Source: Auanema rhodensis (lineage: Eukaryota > Animalia > Nematoda). From it: a DNA stretch of 64,000 nt. Positions 11,895-23,800 of the stretch are shown here, one piece after another. Every line of letters begins with the position of its first letter. Position 1 is the first letter of the stretch. The notes under the pieces are model-generated. The model did not search any database. It saw nothing but the letters and a program-made list of their open reading frames with translations, and was not told the origin of the DNA. Both the position numbers and the translations under genes were made by a program. The stretch covers positions 3,968,001 through 4,032,000 of the forward strand of contig OZ059894.1 of assembly GCA_964057225.1 (NCBI GenBank). The letters are read 5' to 3'.

Positions 11895-14800
11895 GGAAGC
11901 AATGTTGAGTGTACATGGAAACTCAACATACACTAATGCATCATTTTTCAAACGATCATAACTAATTTTTGTATTAAGCGTTTCTCAATGTAGTTTAGTG
12001 CATTCGATGCGGATTTTTTAGCTGCGTCGATCTGTGTTATCAGATTTGCGCTAGCTTAAAAATGTACCGAGATATCAACTGATATAAGTTCACACTTATA
12101 TCCTCGATTTTCACCCTGAAGAATTAATTTTTTCGTTGAATAACATTGTCCATCGTCTTTGCCTTGAAAAAAGGAATCTAAAAACATCTACTTTTCGCTA
12201 AATTATTCTGAAATTTTTCGAAAAAATTTTTGTCAAAATGTTTTTGGAAGCAATGTTGAGTGTACATGGAAACTCAACATACACTAATGCATCATTTTTC
12301 AAACGATCATAACTAATTTTTGTATTAAGCGTTTCTCAATGTAGTATAGTGCATTCGATGCGGATTTTTAAGCTGCGTCGATCTGTGTTATCAGATTTGC
12401 GCTAGCTTAAAAATGCACCGAGATATCAACTGATATAAGTTCACACTTATATCCTCGATTTTCACCCTGAAGAAATAATTTTTTCGTTGAATAACATCGT
12501 CCATCGTCTTTGCCTTGAAAAAAGAAATCTAAAAACATCTACTTTTTGCTAAATTATTTTGAAATTTTTCGAAAAAATTTTTGTCAAAATGTTTTTGGAA
12601 GCAATGTTGAGTGTACATGGAAACTCAACATACACTAATGCATCATTTTTCAAACGATCATAACTAATTTTTGTATCAAGCGTTTCTCAATGTAGTTTAG
12701 TGCATTCGATGCGGATTTTTAAGCTGCGTCGATCTGTGTTATCAGATTTGCGCTAGCTTAAAAATGCACCGAGATATCAACTGATATAAGTTCACACTTA
12801 TATCCTCGATTTTCACCCTGAAGAATTAATTTTTTCGTTGAATAACATTGTCCATCGTCTTTGCCTTGAAAAAAGGAATCTAAAAACATCTACTTTTTGC
12901 TAAATTATTTTGAAATTTTTCGAAAAAATTTTTGTCAAAATGTTTTTGGAAGCGATGTTGAGTGTACATGGAAACTCAACATACACTAATGCATCATTTT
13001 TCAAACGATCATAACTAATTTTTGTATTAAGCGTTTCTCAATGTAGTATAGTGCATTCGATGCGGATTTTTTAGCTGCGTCGATCTGTGTTATCAGATTT
13101 GCGCTAGCTTAAAAATGTACCGAGATATCAACTGATATAAGTTCACACTTATATCCTCGATTTTCACCCTGAAGAATTAATTTTTTCGTTGAATAACATT
13201 GTCCATCGTCTTTGCCTTGAAAAAAGGAATCTAAAAACATCTACTTTTCGCTAAATTATTTTGAAATTTTTCGAAAAAATTTTTGTCAAAATGTTTTTGG
13301 AAGCAATGTTGAGTGTACATGGAAACTCAACATACACTAATGCATCATTTTTCAAACGATCATAACTAATTTTTGTATTAAGCGTTTCTCAATGTAGTAT
13401 AGTGCATTCGATGCGGATTTTTAAGCTGCGTCGATCTGTGTTATCAGATTTGCGCTAGCTTAAAAATGCACCGAGATATCAACTGATATAAGTTCACACT
13501 TATATCCTCGATTTTCACCCTGAAGAATTAATTTTTTCGTTGAATAACATTGTTTATCGTCTTTGCCTTGAAAAAAGGAATCTAAAAACATCTACTTTTT
13601 GCTGAATTATTTTGAAATTTTTCGAAAACATTTTTGTCAAAATGTTTTTGGAAGCGATGTTGAGTGTACATGGAAACTCAACATACACTAATGCATCATT
13701 TTTCAAACGATCATAACTAATTTTTGTATTAAGCGTTTCTCAATGTAGTATAGTGCATTCGATGCGGATTTTTTAGCTGCGTCGATCTGTGTTATCAGAT
13801 TTGCGCTAGCTTAAAAATGTACCGAGATATCAACTGATATAAGTTCACACTTATATCCTCGATTTTCACCCTGAAGAATTAATTTTTTCGTTGAATAACA
13901 TTGTCCATCGTCTTTGCCTTGAAAAAAGGAATCTAAAAACATCTACTTTTCGCTAAATTATTTTGAAATTTTTCGAAAAAATTTTTGTCAAAATGTTTTT
14001 GGAAGCAATGTTGAGTGTACATGGAAACTCAACATACACTAATGCATCATTTTTCAAACGATCATAACTAATTTTTGTATTAAGCGTTTCTCAATGTAGT
14101 ATAGTGCATTCGATGCGGATTTTTAAGCTGCGTCGATCTGTGTTATCAGATTTGCGCTAGCTTAAAAATGCACCGAGATATCAACTGATATAAGTTCACA
14201 CTTATATCCTCGATTTTCACCCTGAAGAAATAATTTTTTCGTTGAATAACATTGTCCATCGTCTTTGCCTTGAAAAAAGGAATCTAAAAACATCTACTTT
14301 TTGCTAAATTATTTTGAAATTTTTCGAAAAAATTTTTGTCAAAATGTTTTTGGAAGCGATGTTGAGTGTACATGGAAACTCAACATACACTAATGCATCA
14401 TTTTTCAAACGATCATAACTAATTTTTGTATTAAGCGTTTCTCAATGTAGTATAGTGCATTCGATGCGGATTTTTTAGCTGCGTCGATCTGTGTTATCAG
14501 GTTTGCGCTAGCTTAAAAATGCACCGAGATATCAACTGATATAAGTTCACACTTATATCCTCGATTTTCACCCCGAAGAATTAATTTTTTCGTTGAATAA
14601 CAATGTCCATCGTCTTTGCCTTGAAAAAAGGAATCTAAAAACATCTACTTTTTGCTAAATTATTTCGAAATTTTTCGAAAAAATTTTTGTTAAAATGTTT
14701 TTGGAAGCAATGTTGAGTGTACATGGAAACTCAACATACACTAATGCATCATTTTTCAAACGATCATAACTTATTTTTGTAACAAGCGTTTCTCAATGTA

Positions 14801-17800
14801 GTATAGTGCATTCGATGCGGATTTTTAAGCTGCGTCGATCTGTGTTATCAGTTTTGCGCTAGCTTAAAAATGCACCGAGATATCAACTGATATAAGTTCA
14901 CACTTATATCCTCGATTTTCACCCTGAAGAATTAATTTTTTCGTTGAATAACATTGTCCATCGTCTTTGCCTTGAAAAAAGGAATCTAAAAACATCTACT
15001 TTTTGCTAAATTATTTTGAAATTTTTCGAAAAAATTTTTGTCAAAATGTTTTTGGAAGCAATGTTGAGTGTACATGGAAACTCAACATACACTAATGCAT
15101 CATTTTTCAAACGATCATAACTAATTTTTGTATTAAGCGTTTCTCAATGTAGTATAGTGCATTCGATGCGGATTTTTAAGCTGCGTCGATCTGTGTTATC
15201 AGGTTTGCGCTAGCTTAAAAATGCACCGAGATATCAACTGATATAAGTTCACACATATATATCCTCGATTTTCACCCTGAAGAATTAATTTTTTCGTTGA
15301 ATAACATTGTCCATCGTCTTTGCCTTGAAAAATGGAATCTAAAAACATCTACTTTTTGCTAAATTATTCTGAAATTTTTCGAAAAAATTTTTGTCAAAAT
15401 GTTTTTGGAAGCAATGTTGAGTGTACATGGAAACTCAACATACACTAATGCATCATTTTTCAAACGATCATAACTAATTTTTGTATTAAGCGTTTCTCAA
15501 TGTAGTTTAGTGCATTCGATGCGGATTTTTTAGCTGCGTCGATCTGTGTTATCAGATTTGCGCTAGCTTAAAAATGCACCGAGATATCAACTGATATAAG
15601 TTCACACTTATATCCTCGATTTTCACCCTGAAGAATTAATTTTTTCGTTGAATAACATTGTCCATCGTCTTTGCCTTAAAAAAAGGAATCTAAAAACATC
15701 TACTTTCTGCTAAATTATTTTGAAATTTTTCGAAAAAATTTTTGTCAAAATGTTTTTGGAAGCAATGTTGAGTGTACATGGAAACTCAACATACACTAAT
15801 GCATCATTTTTCAAACGATCATAACTAATTTTTGTATTAAGCGTTTCTCAATGTAGTATAGTGCATTCGATGCGGATTTTTAAGCTGCGTCGATCTGTGT
15901 TATCAGATTTGCGCTAGCTTAAAAATGCACCGAGATATCAACTGATATAAGTTCACACTTATATCCTCGATTTTCACCCTGAAGAAATAATTTTTTCGTT
16001 GAATAACATTGTCCATCGTCTTTGCCTTGAAAAAAGGAATCTAAAAACATCTACTTTTCGCTAAATTATTTTGAAATTTTTCGAAAAAATTTTTGTCAAA
16101 ATGTTTTTGGAAGCAATGTTGAGTGTACATGGAAACTCAACATACACTAATGCATCATTTTTCAAACGATCATAACTAATTTTTGTATTAAGCGTTTCTC
16201 AATGTAGTATAGTGCATTCGATGCGGATTTTTAAGCTGCGTCGATCTGTGTTATCAGATTTGCGCTAGCTTAAAAATGCACCGAGATATCAACTGATATA
16301 AGTTCACACTTATATCCTCGATTTTCACCCTGAAGAAATAATTTTTTCGTTGAATAACATTGTCCATCGTCTTTGCCTTGAAAAAAGGAATCTAAAAACA
16401 TCTACTTTTTGCTAAATTATTTTGAAATTTTTCGAAAAAATTTTTGTCAAAATGTTTTTGGAAGCAATGTTGAGTGTACATGGAAACTCAACATACACTA
16501 ATGCATCATTTTTCAAACGATCATAACTAATTTTTGTATTAAGCGTTTCTCAATGTAGTTTAGTGCATTCGATGCGGATTTTTTAGCTGCGTCGATCTGT
16601 GTTATCAGATTTGCGCTAGCTTAAAAATGTACCGAGATATCAACTGATATAAGTTCACACTTATATCCTCGATTTTCACCCTGAAGAATTAATTTTTTCG
16701 TTGAATAACATTGTCCATCGTCTTTGCCTTGAAAAAAGGAATCTAAAAACATCTACTTTTCGCTAAATTATTCTGAAATTTTTCGAAAAAATTTTTGTCA
16801 AAATGTTTTTGGAAGCAATGTTGAGTGTACATGGAAACTCAACATACACTAATGCATCATTTTTCAAACGATCATAACTAATTTTTGTATTAAGCGTTTC
16901 TCAATGTAGTATAGTGCATTCGATGCGGATTTTTAAGCTGCGTCGATCTGTGTTATCAGATTTGCGCTAGCTTAAAAATGCACCGAGATATCAACTGATA
17001 TAAGTTCACACTTATATCCTCGATTTTCACCCTGAAGAAATAATTTTTTCGTTGAATAACATTGTCCATCGTCTTTGCCTTGAAAAAAGGAATCTAAAAA
17101 CATCTACTTTTTGCTAAATTATTTTGAAATTTTTCGAAAAAATTTTTGTCAAAATGTTTTTGGAAGCAATGTTGAGTGTACATGGAAACTCAACATACAC
17201 TAATGCATCATTTTTCAAACGATCATAACTAATTTTTGTATTAAGCGTTTCTCAATGTAGTATAGTGCATTCGATGCGGATTTTTAAGCTGCGTCGATCT
17301 GTGTTATCAGATTTGCGCTAGCTTAAAAATGCACCGAGATATCAACTGATATAAGTTCACACTTATATCCTCGATTTTCACCCTGAAGAAATAATTTTTT
17401 CGTTGAATAACATTGTCCATCGTCTTTGCCTTGAAAAAAGGAATCTAAAAACATCTACTTTTTGCTAAATTATTTTGAAATTTTTCGAAAAAATTTTTGT
17501 CAAAATGTTTTTGGAAGCAATGTTGAGTGTACATGGAAACTCAACATACACTAATGCATCATTTTTCAAACGATCATAACTAATTTTTGTATTAAGCGTT
17601 TCTCAATGTAGTTTAGTGCATTCGATGCGGATTTTTTAGCTGCGTCGATCTGTGTTATCAGATTTGCGCTAGCTTAAAAATGTACCGAGATATCAACTGA
17701 TATAAGTTCACACTTATATCCTCGATTTTCACCCTGAAGAATTAATTTTTTCGTTGAATAACATTGTCCATCGTCTTTGCCTTGAAAAAAGGAATCTAAA

Positions 17801-20800
17801 AACATCTACTTTTCGCTAAATTATTCTGAAATTTTTCGAAAAAATTTTTGTCAAAATGTTTTTGGAAGCAATGTTGAGTGTACATGGAAACTCAACATAC
17901 ACTAATGCATCATTTTTCAAACGATCATAACTAATTTTTGTATTAAGCGTTTCTCAATGTAGTATAGTGCATTCGATGCGGATTTTTAAGCTGCGTCGAT
18001 CTGTGTTATCAGATTTGCGCTAGCTTAAAAATGCACCGAGATATCAACTGATATAAGTTCACACTTATATCCTCGATTTTCACCCTGAAGAAATAATTTT
18101 TTCGTTGAATAACATCGTCCATCGTCTTTGCCTTGAAAAAAGAAATCTAAAAACATCTACTTTTTGCTAAATTATTTTGAAATTTTTCGAAAAAATTTTT
18201 GTCAAAATGTTTTTGGAAGCAATGTTGAGTGTACATGGAAACTCAACATACACTAATGCATCATTTTTCAAACGATCATAACTAATTTTTGTATCAAGCG
18301 TTTCTCAATGTAGTTTAGTGCATTCGATGCGGATTTTTAAGCTGCGTCGATCTGTGTTATCAGATTTGCGCTAGCTTAAAAATGCACCGAGATATCAACT
18401 GATATAAGTTCACACTTATATCCTCGATTTTCACCCTGAAGAATTAATTTTTTCGTTGAATAACATTGTCCATCGTCTTTGCCTTGAAAAAAGGAATCTA
18501 AAAACATCTACTTTTTGCTAAATTATTTTGAAATTTTTCGAAAAAATTTTTGTCAAAATGTTTTTGGAAGCGATGTTGAGTGTACATGGAAACTCAACAT
18601 ACACTAATGCATCATTTTTCAAACGATCATAACTAATTTTTGTATTAAGCGTTTCTCAATGTAGTATAGTGCATTCGATGCGGATTTTTTAGCTGCGTCG
18701 ATCTGTGTTATCAGATTTGCGCTAGCTTAAAAATGTACCGAGATATCAACTGATATAAGTTCACACTTATATCCTCGATTTTCACCCTGAAGAATTAATT
18801 TTTTCGTTGAATAACATTGTCCATCGTCTTTGCCTTGAAAAAAGGAATCTAAAAACATCTACTTTTCGCTAAATTATTTTGAAATTTTTCGAAAAAATTT
18901 TTGTCAAAATGTTTTTGGAAGCAATGTTGAGTGTACATGGAAACTCAACATACACTAATGCATCATTTTTCAAACGATCATAACTAATTTTTGTATTAAG
19001 CGTTTCTCAATGTAGTATAGTGCATTCGATGCGGATTTTTAAGCTGCGTCGATCTGTGTTATCAGATTTGCGCTAGCTTAAAAATGCACCGAGATATCAA
19101 CTGATATAAGTTCACACTTATATCCTCGATTTTCACCCTGAAGAATTAATTTTTTCGTTGAATAACATTGTTTATCGTCTTTGCCTTGAAAAAAGGAATC
19201 TAAAAACATCTACTTTTTGCTGAATTATTTTGAAATTTTTCGAAAACATTTTTGTCAAAATGTTTTTGGAAGCGATGTTGAGTGTACATGGAAACTCAAC
19301 ATACACTAATGCATCATTTTTCAAACGATCATAACTAATTTTTGTATTAAGCGTTTCTCAATGTAGTATAGTGCATTCGATGCGGATTTTTTAGCTGCGT
19401 CGATCTGTGTTATCAGATTTGCGCTAGCTTAAAAATGTACCGAGATATCAACTGATATAAGTTCACACTTATATCCTCGATTTTCACCCTGAAGAATTAA
19501 TTTTTTCGTTGAATAACATTGTCCATCGTCTTTGCCTTGAAAAAAGGAATCTAAAAACATCTACTTTTCGCTAAATTATTTTGAAATTTTTCGAAAAAAT
19601 TTTTGTCAAAATGTTTTTGGAAGCAATGTTGAGTGTACATGGAAACTCAACATACACTAATGCATCATTTTTCAAACGATCATAACTAATTTTTGTATTA
19701 AGCGTTTCTCAATGTAGTATAGTGCATTCGATGCGGATTTTTAAGCTGCGTCGATCTGTGTTATCAGATTTGCGCTAGCTTAAAAATGCACCGAGATATC
19801 AACTGATATAAGTTCACACTTATATCCTCGATTTTCACCCTGAAGAAATAATTTTTTCGTTGAATAACATTGTCCATCGTCTTTGCCTTGAAAAAAGGAA
19901 TCTAAAAACATCTACTTTTTGCTAAATTATTTTGAAATTTTTCGAAAAAATTTTTGTCAAAATGTTTTTGGAAGCGATGTTGAGTGTACATGGAAACTCA
20001 ACATACACTAATGCATCATTTTTCAAACGATCATAACTAATTTTTGTATTAAGCGTTTCTCAATGTAGTATAGTGCATTCGATGCGGATTTTTTAGCTGC
20101 GTCGATCTGTGTTATCAGGTTTGCGCTAGCTTAAAAATGCACCGAGATATCAACTGATATAAGTTCACACTTATATCCTCGATTTTCACCCCGAAGAATT
20201 AATTTTTTCGTTGAATAACAATGTCCATCGTCTTTGCCTTGAAAAAAGGAATCTAAAAACATCTACTTTTTGCTAAATTATTTCGAAATTTTTCGAAAAA
20301 ATTTTTGTTAAAATGTTTTTGGAAGCAATGTTGAGTGTACATGGAAACTCAACATACACTAATGCATCATTTTTCAAACGATCATAACTTATTTTTGTAA
20401 CAAGCGTTTCTCAATGTAGTATAGTGCATTCGATGCGGATTTTTAAGCTGCGTCGATCTGTGTTATCAGTTTTGCGCTAGCTTAAAAATGCACCGAGATA
20501 TCAACTGATATAAGTTCACACTTATATCCTCGATTTTCACCCTGAAGAATTAATTTTTTCGTTGAATAACATTGTCCATCGTCTTTGCCTTGAAAAAAGG
20601 AATCTAAAAACATCTACTTTTTGCTAAATTATTTTGAAATTTTTCGAAAAAATTTTTGTCAAAATGTTTTTGGAAGCAATGTTGAGTGTACATGGAAACT
20701 CAACATACACTAATGCATCATTTTTCAAACGATCATAACTAATTTTTGTATTAAGCGTTTCTCAATGTAGTATAGTGCATTCGATGCGGATTTTTAAGCT

Positions 20801-23800
20801 GCGTCGATCTGTGTTATCAGGTTTGCGCTAGCTTAAAAATGCACCGAGATATCAACTGATATAAGTTCACACATATATATCCTCGATTTTCACCCTGAAG
20901 AATTAATTTTTTCGTTGAATAACATTGTCCATCGTCTTTGCCTTGAAAAATGGAATCTAAAAACATCTACTTTTTGCTAAATTATTTTGAAATTTTTCGA
21001 AAAAATTTTTGTCAAAATGTTTTTGGAAGCAATGTTGAGTGTACATGGAAACTCAACATACACTAATGCATCATTTTTCAAACGATCATAACTAATTTTT
21101 GTATTAAGCGTTTCTCAATGTAGTATAGTGCATTCGATGCGGATTTTTAAGCTGCGTCGATCTGTGTTATCAGGTTTGCGCTAGCTTAAAAATGCACCGA
21201 GATATCAACTGATATAAGTTCACACATATATATCCTCGATTTTCACCCTGAAGAATTAATTTTTTCGTTGAATAACATTGTCCATCGTCTTTGCCTTGAA
21301 AAATGGAATCTAAAAACATCTACTTTTTGCTAAATTTTTCTGAAATTTTTCGAAAAAATTTTTGTCAAAATGTTTTTGGAAGCAATGTTGAGTGTACATG
21401 GAAACTCAACATACACTAATGCATCATTTTTCAAACGATCATAACTTATTTTTGTAACAAGCGTTTCTCAATGTAGTATAGTGCATTCGATGCGGATTTT
21501 TAAGCTGCGTCGATCTGTGTTATCAGTTTTGCGCTAGCTTAAAAATGCACCGAGATATCAACTGATATAAGTTCACACTTATATCCTCGATTTTCACCCT
21601 GAAGAATTAATTTTTTCGTTGAATAACATTGTCCATCGTCTTTGCCTTGAAAAAAGGAATCTAAAAACATCTACTTTTTGCTAAATTATTTTGAAATTTT
21701 TCGAAAAAATTTTTGTCAAAATGTTTTTGGAAGCAATGTTGAGTGTACATGGAAACTCAACATACACTAATGCATCATTTTTCAAACGATCATAACTAAT
21801 TTTTGTATTAAGCGTTTCTCAAAGTAGTATAGTGCATTCGATGCGGATTTTCAAGCTGCGTCGATCTGTGTTATCAGGTTTGCGCTAGCTTAAAAATGCA
21901 CCGAGATATCAACTGATATAAGTTCACACTTATATCCTCGATTTTCACCCTGAAGAATTAATTTTTTCGTTGAATAACATTGTCCATCGTCTTTGCCTTG
22001 AAAAATGGAATCTAAAAACATCTACTTTCTGCTAAATTATTTTGAAATTTTTCGAAAAAATTTTTGTCAAAATGTTTTTGGAAGCAATGTTGAGTGTACA
22101 TGGAAACTCAACATACACTAATGCATCATTTTTCAAACGATCATAACTTATTTTTGTAACAAGCGTTTCTCAATGTAGTATAGTGCATTCGATGCGGATT
22201 TTTAAGCTGCGTCGATCTGTGTTATCAGTTTTGCGCTAGCTTAAAAATGCACCGAGATATCAACTGATATAAGTTCACACTTATATCCTCGATTTTCACC
22301 CTGAAGAATTAATTTTTTCGTTGAATAACATTGTCCATCGTCTTTGCCTTGAAAAAAGGAATCTAAAAACATCTACTTTTTGCTAAATTATTTTGAAATT
22401 TTTCGAAAAAATTTTTGTCAAAATGTTTTTGGAAGCAATGTTGAGTGTACATGGAAACTCAACATACACTAATGCATCATTTTTCAAACGATCATAACTA
22501 ATTTTTGTATTAAGCGTTTCTCAATGTAGTATAGTGCATTCGATGCGGATTTTTAAGCTGCGTCGATCTGTGTTATCAGATTTGCGCTAGCTTAAAAATG
22601 CACCGAGATATCAACTGATATAAGTTCACACTTATATCCTCGATTTTCACCCTGAAGAAATAATTTTTTCGTTGAATAACATCGTCCATCGTCTTTGCCT
22701 TGAAAAAAGAAATCTAAAAACATCTACTTTTTGCTAAATTATTTTGAAATTTTTCGAAAAAATTTTTGTCAAAATGTTTTTGGAAGCAATGTTGAGTGTA
22801 CATGGAAACTCAACATACACTAATGCATCATTTTTCAAACGATCATAACTAATTTTTGTATCAAGCGTTTCTCAATGTAGTTTAGTGCATTCGATGCGGA
22901 TTTTTAAGCTGCGTCGATCTGTGTTATCAGATTTGCGCTAGCTTAAAAATGCACCGAGATATCAACTGATATAAGTTCACACTTATATCCTCGATTTTCA
23001 CCCTGAAGAATTAATTTTTTCGTTGAATAACATTGTCCATCGTCTTTGCCTTGAAAAAAGGAATCTAAAAACATCTACTTTTTGCTAAATTATTTTGAAA
23101 TTTTTCGAAAAAATTTTTGTCAAAATGTTTTTGGAAGCGATGTTGAGTGTACATGGAAACTCAACATACACTAATGCATCATTTTTCAAACGATCATAAC
23201 TAATTTTTGTATTAAGCGTTTCTCAATGTAGTATAGTGCATTCGATGCGGATTTTTTAGCTGCGTCGATCTGTGTTATCAGATTTGCGCTAGCTTAAAAA
23301 TGTACCGAGATATCAACTGATATAAGTTCACACTTATATCCTCGATTTTCACCCTGAAGAATTAATTTTTTCGTTGAATAACATTGTCCATCGTCTTTGC
23401 CTTGAAAAAAGGAATCTAAAAACATCTACTTTTCGCTAAATTATTTTGAAATTTTTCGAAAAAATTTTTGTCAAAATGTTTTTGGAAGCAATGTTGAGTG
23501 TACATGGAAACTCAACATACACTAATGCATCATTTTTCAAACGATCATAACTAATTTTTGTATTAAGCGTTTCTCAATGTAGTATAGTGCATTCGATGCG
23601 GATTTTTAAGCTGCGTCGATCTGTGTTATCAGATTTGCGCTAGCTTAAAAATGCACCGAGATATCAACTGATATAAGTTCACACTTATATCCTCGATTTT
23701 CACCCTGAAGAAATAATTTTTTCGTTGAATAACATTGTCCATCGTCTTTGCCTTGAAAAAAGGAATCTAAAAACATCTACTTCTTGCTAAATTATTTAGA

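Larger units (their letters stand above)
11551..11901. repeat. Representative near-consensus 351-bp monomer
   Basis: It starts at atgttgagtg (11551) and the next copy starts at 11902. The consensus has about 110 G+C of 351 and many A/T tracts. It carries single BsrGI (tgtaca), NsiI (atgcat), NheI (gctagc), EcoRV (gatatc) and BstBI (ttcgaa) sites. Confidence 0.97.
10147..21031. repeat. 16-monomer (5618 bp) higher-order duplication
   Basis: Rare variants are paired at offset 5618: 11155/16773 (attctg), 12524/18142 (aagaaat), 13629/19247 (gaaaaca), 14574/20192 (ccccg), and the +2 insertion monomers 15061/20679. Boundaries are approximate. Confidence 0.9.

Noticed and set aside
11551-11901. Monomer as an ancient dimer of ~175-bp subunits
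   Set aside because: No convincing similarity between the two halves is visible by eye beyond A/T tracts.
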